Below are positions 52,783 through 64,000 of a stretch of DNA of 64,000 bases, piece after piece. This DNA comes from the human T2T-CHM13v2.0 reference genome, Homo sapiens. The position numbers and the translations under genes are program-made. Where the stretch lies: assembly GCF_009914755.1 (NCBI RefSeq), contig NC_060931.1; one strand, written 5' to 3'. Every line of letters starts with the position of its first letter. The stretch's first letter is position 1. The notes under the pieces were generated by a model. The model was not told where the DNA came from. It searched no databases and saw only the letters and a program-made list of their open reading frames with translations.

Positions 52783-54106
52783 CTTTAATATAGTACCATT
52801 TTCTTTGCTAAATACAATAATCAACATTGAGATATCCATGCTGACTGGTCCCAGAATCACTCACAACTGTGAATTGGAAGAAACTCTCAAGATCATCTAC
52901 TGCAATACTTCTCAAACTTTAAGGATATTAAATACAGTTTCTTAAAATGCAGATTATGATCCAGTGTGTCTGGGATAGGGCCTATAGTTCTCTCATTTCT
53001 AACAAGCTACCAAAACTGTTTAGAAGGAAGGACAATTATATATTTATAATTTTCCCTAAATTAATCTCTAGGCCATAAAATCTTAATCACAATTTTAAAA
53101 TCTAAAATGCTGTGGAAATCATACACCTCAGAACAACTTATGAAGCAGTAGAAGGCAGCAGCATAGTGCTCAAAAACTACAGACTTAGGAGTTAGGACTA
53201 GCTGAATTCAAATCTCACCTTTACCATTAGTTGTGTAACCACTACATGCCTTCATTTCCTCACCTATGTCATGTGGTTACTGTGGGGAGTAAATGAGTTC
53301 ACAGTCCAAGGTCAATTTTGGCTTAATCACTATTATTATGCAAAGTTAAACAATAAAAAAGTTTTTAAAAATTGCCCAAGGTCACACAGCTATCAGGGTA
53401 AGATCTGATACTAAACAAATCTTGACTCTTTAACCCATAACATTTGTCAGCTGACAATTGTCTTAAAAGTCACAGAAAAAAATGTTAATATCATAAATGA
53501 ATGCTTTTATCTAAATATTAATCAGCTTAATATGCCTCCCAAGAAAGTAGTCAGAAAACTACCTGCAATAAGTGAATATAATAAATTCCTGGTCTGAAAA
53601 TCAATTTATCCATGTATCTTCTAAATACATAATGGAAAAAATTTAAGTTTCAAAGGGTGTCTACTTACTAGTATGCTTAGATAATCTACCTGTGTTGGTT
53701 TGAACTCAGGGACACAAAAAAACATAAAAAATGACCTCGACTTCCATGATTCTGAAAATTAAGAAATGGCAATGCAAAAAATCACATATGCATCCTGACC
53801 AAAGAAAGGAAGTAGAAATAATTTATCTGGTGATATTTTCTGCCTATCAAGGCGTACTGACATTTATCTCATTTGATCCTAAAAAGATATTTATGATAGG
53901 AAAGGCAGCATAATAAAATACTTAAGAGTCAGAAATCACAGATTCCAGATTGCCACTAACTTTCTGCATAACCTTTGCAAAATCACTAACCCTCTCTTTG
54001 ATCCAGAATACCCATCAGCACCATGAAGGGGCTGAGTTGTGACATCATCTCTCAAGTCTAGTTGTAGCAGACTGGTTCAGTAACTCTTCACAATCACACA
54101 ACTAAT

Positions 54107-54171
54107 TCAGTGCTTAATTTAGGCCTAGGTTATCAGTGCTTAATTTAGGCCTAGGTTATCAGTGCTTAATT
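54107..54171. repeat. 26-bp tandem repeat x2.5 (tcagtgcttaatttaggcctaggtta)
   Basis: Two perfect copies plus a 13-nt partial copy, read directly. Confidence 0.95.
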
Positions 54172-55537
54172 CAGCTAATTCAGGTGTAGATTATCCTGGT
54201 TCATGTGGAGAGTGGGGGTTAAGTGGAAAATGCAGTTTTAGATCAGCTGTTTTATACCAGCTATCTTAGAATAGACTGTCAGAACTACCATAGAAAGGAA
54301 CTTCGACTCTGAGATCAATCTCACTAGAATGGGGTCAACCACTCTCCAACTTATATTCACCTGGTATATTTAAATACATTATATGGCTTAAGGCTGCCAA
54401 ACAGGGCTAAGAATCTTAGTTGATACTACTTCAGTGCCAACTTGAGTCACAGAAATTATATATATAGTTCAACAATAAAAATAAGTAGCCATAAGAAGAG
54501 TGGTCTTATAACAAGTACAGACTGTTTTCCTCCCACGTTATTCTATGTACAATAAGTTGAACGTTCTTCTCCAGGTAATTTCAATAAAATGTGCTCCTGA
54601 TGTGGAACCCTGTCTCATTCAGCATCAAATAATAATGTAACCAAGGCCAAGTACACAGAAGCTGCTCATTAAGTATGAAAATTACTAACTAGACAAGTGA
54701 AATGAGGGAAGGAATGGAAAAAGGAGAGAAAAGGGGAGACCAAGGGAAGGAGGGAAAGGACAGTGAAAAGGCAAAGGACCTTAAAGTGTTCCTCCTCAGT
54801 CTCACCTGATGGCTTCAGATACAATGCTATATACTCCTATGATTAGTTTATAGTGCAGCAACATATGCATGGCTATACAATTAAGAAAAAAATTAAATAT
54901 GAAACTAAGTAATGAGCCTTAGTATTCTATTTTATGTGTGGGTATGAGTACATTTAATATAAAAACTACTGTCCTCCAACCCAATTATTTTGGAGGCTTC
55001 ATATTGATTCTATTGTTACTAGGTGGGTATGTGCTAGGCCTTAACGATACAAAGATGAATGAGGCAGTTTCTGCCCCTAATATGCTCAGAAGCTAAAAAG
55101 GTAAAATATACATGTAATGATAACATAAGTGTAGTAAATACCACATTGATTCACAGAGTGTTTGGGGAATACAGAAAATATAATGCCTTTAGAGCTTAAA
55201 TATTTTTAGAACTCCTTTTAAATTGTCTTCAAAAGGCAGTTTTGCAGGTGAACAATAAAAATTAATCTCCTTTATTTACAATTACCCAATTCTTTCCACC
55301 AAAATAGTACTACCCAAAACCAGTTACTAACTTTATATGCTAAAGTTTTGGTAATTTCCAAAAACAAAAACTTGAAGTGAACAAATATTCACAAATGTTG
55401 AGGCTGCTCAACAGTGTACCCACAGGGAAAGTACTCTTTAAAACTCTTGATTCAACAGGAGAATATAAAATAACATTTGTTTAGTGAACCTAAGCCCAAC
55501 GCTCAAGGCTATTTACACTTTTACAGATTTTGTCTGT

Positions 55538-55692
55538 TTAAAAAGATGGAGTCTCTCACTCTCTTCCAGACTGGAATGCAGTGGTGCCATCACAGCTTAA
55601 TGCAGCCTCCAATTCTGAGACTCACAGGATCCTCCCACCTCAGCCTCCTGAGTAGCTGGGACTACCAGCATATACCACTTTACCTTGCTCTG
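55538..55692 (-). mobile_element. AluJ/FRAM-like monomer fragment
   Basis: gatggagtctctcactct...cctcagcctcctgagtagctgggactac. Confidence 0.8.
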
Positions 55693-57599
55693 GCATGTCT
55701 AAATATATATAAATATTTCATTTATAAATGATAATAAAGAAAGAATATGATTCTTACTCAACATATACTAGTTTGTGTGGGATAAATGCACTATTCAAGA
55801 GTTTCCAAAAAGTAATTTTAAAACCATATATAAATAATCACAAGTACAAGATGATTTTACAAAAGAGGGAGAACGACAGCCAGATGGCACTAGCCATGAA
55901 TTATAATAAACTGATACATGGTTAGACTTATCAGTGCCCAAAAGAACAAATGAAAGAGAAAAAAAATGTAAAAGTCACAATTCATTCGACATTTAATAAA
56001 ACATAGACAAAACTATTTCCACATGATATTAAAATTAACTGCTTAGATTCATCTCATAGCTTTTATCATCCCTAACATTAGTATAAGGAAATAATAGATC
56101 AACAACTCTGGTATAGAAAACCTTAAGGGAAACTATAAATATATATAAAATATGTACCACACAATTTAAAAAAACCATTTGATCAAAATTTTAGTTGATA
56201 TGGTAAATTCACACGTAGTTTATTTAGTTCCAACTATACTCCCACCTCAAAGAAAAAAAAAATCACACCTCCTTTACTCAGGAGGCCTACTCCTTAACTT
56301 CCTCTCATAATCTGATATGGCCAAAAGGTGGTTAGAGCAAGAATCAATGATCAAATTATAATATCTTGTGACACATTTTTTAATTATAATTTTTAACTGT
56401 AAGATCTAATTGTTATACAAGTGGAATTTACTTCCAGAGAAATCTGTTCCTAAAAGTGAACACACAAACTCAAGGAATCATAACTCTTTATTTCCACAGG
56501 GTCAACCAACAGAAGAGCCAAAGGTCAGTTCCAATTACCTCCTTGATTTTTCTATAGAATAAATAGGAGACTTCCTGTAAAAATTCTTTAAACTGATTCA
56601 ACAAAAATAAATAAATAAATAAAGATAATACAGTCAGCCCTAACAAATCATCCTGTGAGTTCATTTGGTGTATCAGGTGTTCAGATTTTGAAAGCCACAG
56701 GCTGACAGAAACATTTCCATTCATGTTGGTTATGTTCTTGGGGCGAAACACCAAGTATTTTTTGTATTGTGTTTATAATTTTGTACTAAAATATGCAGGA
56801 CAAAATAATAGAAAAAAATCCTCCCTAAAAACCATTCCAGTTTCAAGTCCCAGAAACAACAAGACCTCAGCAAACAAGGAGCCAAAGGTGGCAATGATTG
56901 ATTCACTGCCAGTACAGTCACTACAGATGGGTCTCAGCCCATCTGACTTATAACCTCTATTACTCACTCAATCTCTAAATCTTCTAAGCCCAGGGACTCA
57001 GTCTGTCTCCTTTTCCACTATAATTTTCTGGAGCTTCCAGTCAAGTTTTTTCTTTCATCCTAGTATGCAACAGAAACAAGTACATTTCAATACCTCAGAA
57101 GGTGATACTAGTTGCTCTTTGTTACAGAGAATGTAAGGATTGAGAAAGGGATCAGAAACTGACAATGTTTTACCTGACCAACAACAGCACTTTTTAAAAT
57201 TCTGAGTAAGCATTTAAAAATCTGTAAAAATCAGGATTTCTGGCTTTTCTTGAAAAACAGAAATATCTGGAATCAGGAATCGGTGGAATTGCACACCTGC
57301 AAGGCAATAACTGGATAAAACTGAGTAGGCAGCAACACCCCCCCTGAAAATAAGCCATGAATGTTTTAGTACTGCTACAGCCCCACACTTGCTATAAGGT
57401 TTATCTGATGCTGAGTCCAAGACATGATATCTCAACATAATTTTACTGCCATTTTGATTAAAGTTGGGAAAGCATACAGGAAATAAAAGGGACCAAGAAA
57501 AATTAACACTAGTTTGCAAGTATGCCCTTGATTACCTTTAAGCAGAAGAAAGCTTGCAATTCCCAGGGTTCTGTTTTTACCTTCTTATAGTCTTACTAG

Positions 57600-58740
57600 A
57601 TATGCAATCCTTGAGTTTTCTAGTCCACCATTTATATGTCCACCCATATGTACTGTGACTTCCAAAACTGTGCCTCCAGCTCAGAAATATCTCCTGAGTT
57701 TCAGAAACTTATATTCAACTACACACTGAACGCTCCTACCTGAATTTGTCATAAAGATCATAAACTTATCATGTCCAAAATTAAATTCATTCAAGATCCC
57801 AAATGTTTCCTATATTCCTTTACTTTTTTAAAAGGAGGCATCAATACCTACCCAATTACTGAGAAGAGAAATTCTAGAGTTGCCTTGGATTATCCTCTTG
57901 GAATTTTTCAGCCAATTAGCTATCAGGGCCTGCCTGACCATTTTATATCTTAAGTATCTTTTGAAACCTTCCCTTCCTCACAGCCAAAGCTTGACACAAA
58001 ACCTTCATTATAGCTGCATGACTATATCATTACTGCTTCTCCCTGTATTCCATCCTCCTTACTGCCAAAATGACCTGTGAGAAAGATTCTAAAATACTTG
58101 GCTTTTCCATGATCATGACTTGCTCTCTTGCTTCTGTTCTCTAGGATGGATTACTTTTACTCCCTAGCAAAAAATTCTATCAAGTTCCCCTCAAGAACCA
58201 GCTGAAATTGTTATCTCCCATGAAGCAAACCTTCCATCATAAACACCTCACACTCTTCCCAAATATATTTTTCATTGTATTCTCTGCTTCCACTGCACAA
58301 TTTACAATTCTACAGTAGTTATTTATGCATATTTGCCTCTTCTAAACTAGAAGCTTCTTTCATTCATTCACTAAACATTTACTGAAGTCTATCATGTGCC
58401 TAGGATAGTAAGGTTCTGCAATTTCAAAGGTAAATAAAGCATAGTTTTCCTGGAATCAAAAAGCTCACAGTTTTGTAGGAGACAACATACATATAATTAC
58501 AAAACAATACAGTAAGTAAAATGACATATGCTTCAGTTATTACAAGACTTTAGGAAGGAACATATCATCTGACTCAGCTAGAAAGGGTGGGGCAGGGGGG
58601 TCAGTCAGAGGAAGCATCTTGGAAAATGCGACACCTAAGATTAGTCTCCAAGAATTATAAGGATATAGCCAGGTGAAGAACAGAAAAACTGATAAAGAGA
58701 CCATAATATGAGTAGGCACTGAAGCAAGGAACGATGTTCT
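57600..58740. mobile_element. Degraded LINE-2 fragments in both orientations
   Basis: tccagctcagaaatatctcctgagtttcag; ttcattcattcactaaacatttactgaag. Confidence 0.6.
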
Positions 58741-58769
58741 GTGTGTTAAAAGAAAGCCCTTAAACAAAC

Positions 58770-59580
58770 AAAAGACATGAAGAGACACTTTGCAAAAGAA
58801 ACAGATGAAAAGCTCAACATCACTAATCATTAGAGAAATGCTAATCAAAAAAAAATTAAAAAAAACATGAGATACCATCTCACGCCAGTCAGAATGCCGA
58901 TTATTAAAATGTCAAGAAACAACAGATGCTAATGAGGTTGTGGAGAAAAAGGAATGCTTTACACTGTTGGTGGGAGTGTAAATTAGTTCAACCATGTGGA
59001 AGACAGTGTGGCAACTCCTCAAAGACTAGAGGCAGAAATACGACTTGACCCAGCAATCCCATTACTGGGTATATACCCAAAGGAATAGAAATCATTCTAT
59101 TATAAAGATACATGCACATGTATGTTCACTACAGCACTATTCACAGTAGCAAAAATATGGATTCAACCCAAAAGCCCATCAACGATAGACTGGATAAAGA
59201 AAATGTGGTACATATACACCATGGAATACTATGCAGCCATAAAAAGGAACAAGAGACTAACAAGATCACATCCTTTGTAGGGACATGGGTCGAGCTAGAA
59301 GCCATTATTCTCAGCAAACTAATGCAGGAACAAAAAAACCGAACACTGCATGTTCTCATTTGCAAGTAGAAGCTGAATGATGGGAAAAATACACACTGGC
59401 ACCTGTCTGGCAGGTGTGGATGGGAGGAGCGAGAGCATCAGGAAGAACAGCTAATGGTTGCTGGGCTTAATACCCAGGTGATGGGATGATCTGTGCAGCA
59501 AACCACCGTGGCACACACTTACCTATGTAACAAATCTGCACATCCTGCACATGTACCCCTGAACTTAAAAGTTGAAAAAG
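58770..59580 (+). mobile_element. Older primate L1PA (approx. L1PA13-16) 3' end
   Basis: gagataccatctcacgccagtcagaatg...gcacatcctgcacatgtacccctgaacttaaaagttg. Confidence 0.9.
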
Positions 59581-60164
59581 ACATATTTGAATAGTATTTA
59601 ACCTATCTTAAGCCATTTACGTTTTCTACAAATCCATTGATCAAATATAATACAAGAAATTGTTTTAGTAAATATGTCACAGCAATACGATGGCCTCAAA
59701 TTTAAGGACACTCAAAACCGAGCCCTACAAACTGACTCCTAGAGCAAAGGTAGAAGACAAAGAGATCTGACCTGTACTTAAGTCAATTAAAACCTAACAT
59801 AACTCCTTCAAAGTACCCAAGACTATTTCAGTGTTGCTATTTCTTTTTGATTATTTTCCTTTTATTTTGTGCAATAAATAAACTGATATTTAATTAGACC
59901 TCCAAAATCATTCCCATAGGTTTTAGGAACATAAATATAATAAGGGAAAAGAAATTCACCTCAGTTTGAATGAAAGGAATAAAACAAAATACAATTCAAT
60001 AAACCACTGGAAAAATAACAGATAAAACTGGTTGAAAAATCTGTTGCAAAAGATGTACCGAGAGTTCGTACCTCAAACAAAACGACTAATTTTTGGCTTT
60101 CTTTTTCAAGTCAGCATGATCTCAGCATGATGGAGGACAGGGAAGATAAAAACAAAATGGAGGT

Positions 60165-60770
60165 ATGTACAATGGTGCTGCCACTGTGTAAAACAATCGG
60201 CAGTTTCTCAAACAATTGAACACAGAATTATGATATGACTCAGCAATTCCACTCCTATGTACATACCCAAAATAATTAAAAACAGGTACTCAAACAGAAA
60301 CATGTACACACATGTTCACAGCAGCACTAATTACTATAGCCAAAAGGAGGAAATGCCCCAAATGTTTATCAGTGAATGAACAAATTGTGGTATCTACCTA
60401 TAATTCAGCCATGAAAAGGAATAACGTACTAGTACATGCTATAATATGAATGAGCTTAAAAAACTTATGTTAAATGAAAGAAGCCAGACACAAAGGCCAC
60501 AGTTTGTGTGATTTCATTTATATAAAATATCCAGAATACATAAATCCATAGTAACAGAACTCAGATTGGTGACTGCCACGGGCTGGGGCGGAAGAGGAAA
60601 ATGGCTTAATGGATACAGTCTTCTTTTTAGGGTGATAAAAATGTTCTGACACTAATTAGAGGTGGTGGTTGCATACCATGGTGAATGAACTCAATACCAA
60701 TGAATCACTCATTTTTAAATGGCTAATTTTACATTATGTCAATGCTAACTCAACTTCCAAACGTTAAAAA
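60165..60770 (+). mobile_element. L1MB-type 3' end
   Basis: tatgactcagcaattccactcct...gaaagaagccagacacaaaggccac. Confidence 0.85.
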
Positions 60771-61010
60771 ACAAAACAAAACAAAACTGGGCCTGTTGTT
60801 AGAAGACACAATTTCTAGACCAGGTTCCAGGCTAGCTACTTTTTGTTGACCTCTCCAAGCCATGGTTTCTTCATCTGTACAACAGTTGAAAACACATGAT
60901 ATCCAAGGTCCCTCTCATTAACTGTATCTGTAGCACTGAATTTATAAAGAATTGTATCATATAGGAATGTATCTGAAAAACAAAGTGTGAAGTAGTAGTT
61001 AACGTTCTCA

Positions 61011-61352
<342 letters not shown>

Positions 61353-61699
61353 TTAACATAATTGCTTCCCATAACGACTTTACTTAAAAATTGATGTAAG
61401 TATTAAAAGATAATGCAATGAAGGCAATGCTACAAGGAGTACAATATGTTATTAAGATTATTATCTTTTAGCGGTCAAACTATACCCAAGGATAGAAATC
61501 AGAGAATCAAAAATAAATAAGTAGATTTTTTTAAAAAGAGAGAGAGAATCTACACAAAAAGCCTAGACTAAATAAGTCTTGGGCATCTTCCCCAGCATCA
61601 GTTCTTTCAGGCTTTGAGAGATACTCAAGAGTATCACATAGTCTGAGGTCACTAAATGTTGGCATTCTATATTTGCAATCAGAGTCAATCCAGGCAGAT

Positions 61700-64000
61700 T
61701 TTTTTCCCAAGATTGTGGATTAGAGGTTTTGAGTGTGCCTCAGCCACTTGGAATTAGCAAAATAGTGCATAAAGATCAACTCTGCAAGCTTTAATTCAAG
61801 AAAGAAAACAGGATTCACCAGAATGCAAAGAACACCCCAGAACCCAGGAAGAAGAAGGTGGGCAGGCAGCCCCAGGGACAGCATTTGGCTGAGAAAAGTA
61901 AGTGAAGCTCCAGTACATGAAAGGGATAGTCAGTATCCCTCTGTGACTCACCTTTCCACTGGGGATCTGTGCAACCCAGGCCATGGGAGAGCACCCTGTT
62001 TCTCCCAAACACTGACACTAAACTGGGAAAAGGCTGAGAGACTGAGACAGGAAAAGACACCAGGAAAAGCTGCAGGCATTTTCCCAGGCATGGGAATAAG
62101 AGGAAAATGCTTTTTTTTTTTTGGAAATGGAGTCTCACTCTGTTGCCCAGGTTGGAGTGCCGTGGCATGATCTTGACTCACTGCAACCTCCTGCCTCCCG
62201 GGTTCAAGTGATTCTCCTGCCTCAGCCTCCTGAGTAGCTGCGATTACAGGCGCCCACCACCACACCTGGCTAATTTCTGTATTTCTAGTAGAGACGGGGT
62301 TTACACCATGTTGGCCAGGCTGGTCTTGAACTTCTGACCTCAAGTCATCCACCTGCCTTGGCCTCTCAAAGTGCTGGGATTACAGGCTTGAGCTACCACA
62401 CCCAGCCAGAGGATGCCATTTCTAATCTGGGCTCATGCAAAGTAAGTCACTGTTTGGCAACCTGGCAGCAGCAGCCATTGCAGGCATTTTAGTCTCAGGC
62501 CAGAGATTGAAGCACTTGCCCTGGAGTGGGGAAAGGACCCTCACAGTCAGAATTGAGTGGCGAGTGTGGAAAGCACCCAAGCAGCAAGCACTGAAATTAG
62601 ACTTTCCCATCACAGGACTGGAGCAGGAAGAGACTTGTGAAGCTGAGGTTTCTCCTAGGATGCAAGACTTGCAGCCAGGGACAGCTCTGCGACTTAAAAC
62701 TGGTCTATGTGTGTCACTGCTGGGCACCCCAGTCTGCTTTCATGGACAGTTCAGGGAGAGTGTCTCACTAGTTCTGAGGAGCGGGAGGGAGGCAGACTCC
62801 ACTCCCATGGAGATCTAACCCTTGGCAGGGACTGCCCCTGAGGGAGAAGGGAGAGCACCCCACCAAAACCCACCTTGGGTCAAAGGAAACACAAGTGTGG
62901 TGCCAGCCACAAAAGGAGGGACCACCAAAATCTGGGAATGAACTTGAAGAGGGGGTAATCTCTTAATCCCCACCACTCCCCAGTGCACTGTTGCAGAGAC
63001 AGCAGTGGCTCTTCCCACTGGGGTCCAGGGAACGGGGTCTGAAAGGGGCCATTTCTTAGACTTCTCCAGAAGCTTCACCCTCACCAAAGGTGAGCACACC
63101 CTCACCAAAGGTGGAGCACTTTTCAGGCTTCTCCACCGCCTCCACCTCTGCTGAGGGTAAGCATGTGCAGAGTTAAGAGCCCACCTGCCAATTCTTAATC
63201 TTAAGTGCCACCTACTGGACTGCAGCCTAAATCATAACACCAAACAAAAATATGTTGCTACAATAAACAATATCTGACAAAACCACCATACGAATTTATC
63301 TGCAACCAAGGAACCCATACAGAGCCTTGGCCCTCTGAAAGCACCCAGAAACAAAGCCAACTGATCACAAGCAACATACGTCAGTCATACCCTCAAGGGA
63401 AAACAGAATTTAAAAATCAAAAAGCCCGAGCCAAACAATAGCAAATTAACAAAAAAAAAAAAAAAAAAGCAGCAGCATCGGCTCCCTCAGATGAGAAGGA
63501 ACCAGCACAAGAACTCCGACAATACAAAAGCCAGTGTTTTGTCACATCCAAAGGATCACACTAGCTCCCTAGCAATGGATCCTAACCAGAATGAAATATC
63601 TGAAATGACAGTATAAAATTCAGAATATATATGGAGCAAAGAAACTCAATGAGGTCCAAGAGAAAGATGAAATCCAACACAAAGAAGCCAGAAAAACAAT
63701 CCAATTCAAAAGATGACATAGCTGTATTAAGAAAGAACCAAACAGAACGTCTGGAATTGAAAAATTTCAAAATACAGTTGGAAGCCTTAGGAATAGACTA
63801 GACCAAGCAGAAGAAAGAGTTTCAAAGTTCAAAGGCCGATCCTGCAAATCCACCCAGTCAGACAAAAGAAAAAAGAATTTAAGGAAATGGGAGAAAAAAA
63901 AAAAAGACTTCGAGAAATACAGGATTATGTAATGCAATCAAACCTATGCCTTATTGGCATTCTTGAAAAAGATGAAAGTAAGCAACTTGGAAAACACATT
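61700..64000 (+). mobile_element. Older primate L1 (L1P4 / L1PA15-16-like) 5' UTR and start of ORF1, running off the window
   Basis: ccaagattgtggattagagg 5' motif; ORF1-like gatgagaaggaaccagcacaagaactcc...gaatagactagaccaagcagaagaaag. Confidence 0.82.
62111..62407 (-). mobile_element. AluS SINE inserted in the L1 5' UTR
   Basis: Reverse Alu dimer with T tract. Confidence 0.93.

Noticed and set aside
54107-54171. CRISPR-like direct repeats
   Set aside because: Head-to-tail tandem copies with no spacers, in a eukaryotic intron.

Overview
Primate (human or great-ape-like), AT-rich, repeat-dense genomic DNA lying entirely inside one minus-strand gene, SNX13 (sorting nexin 13 / RGS-PX1). Ten coding exons (exons 2-11 by my recollection of the human gene, 1053 nt in total) can be read with GT-AG boundaries and consistent phases. 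They encode the N-terminal transmembrane region, the PXA domain and the linker toward the RGS domain. Exon 1 and the promoter lie beyond the right edge, and the 3' exons beyond the left edge. The introns hold Alu, L1, L2, MIR, Tigger, hAT and ERV1 LTR remnants; repeat boundaries and subfamily names are approximate, by eye. Almost all ORFs in the supplied track are repeat-derived noise. Most interesting observations: (1) a gapless 37-bp, pri-miRNA-like hairpin in intron 5 (29477-29561) that is also a palindromic pair of TCF/LEF motifs; (2) an inverted pair of related L1 5' ends bracketing exons 2-9, whose 825-nt back-splice circle would be a stop-free ORF with an ATG at the junction; (3) an inverted Alu pair tightly flanking exons 6-7 next to an unusually weak donor. 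All three are hypotheses from sequence only.
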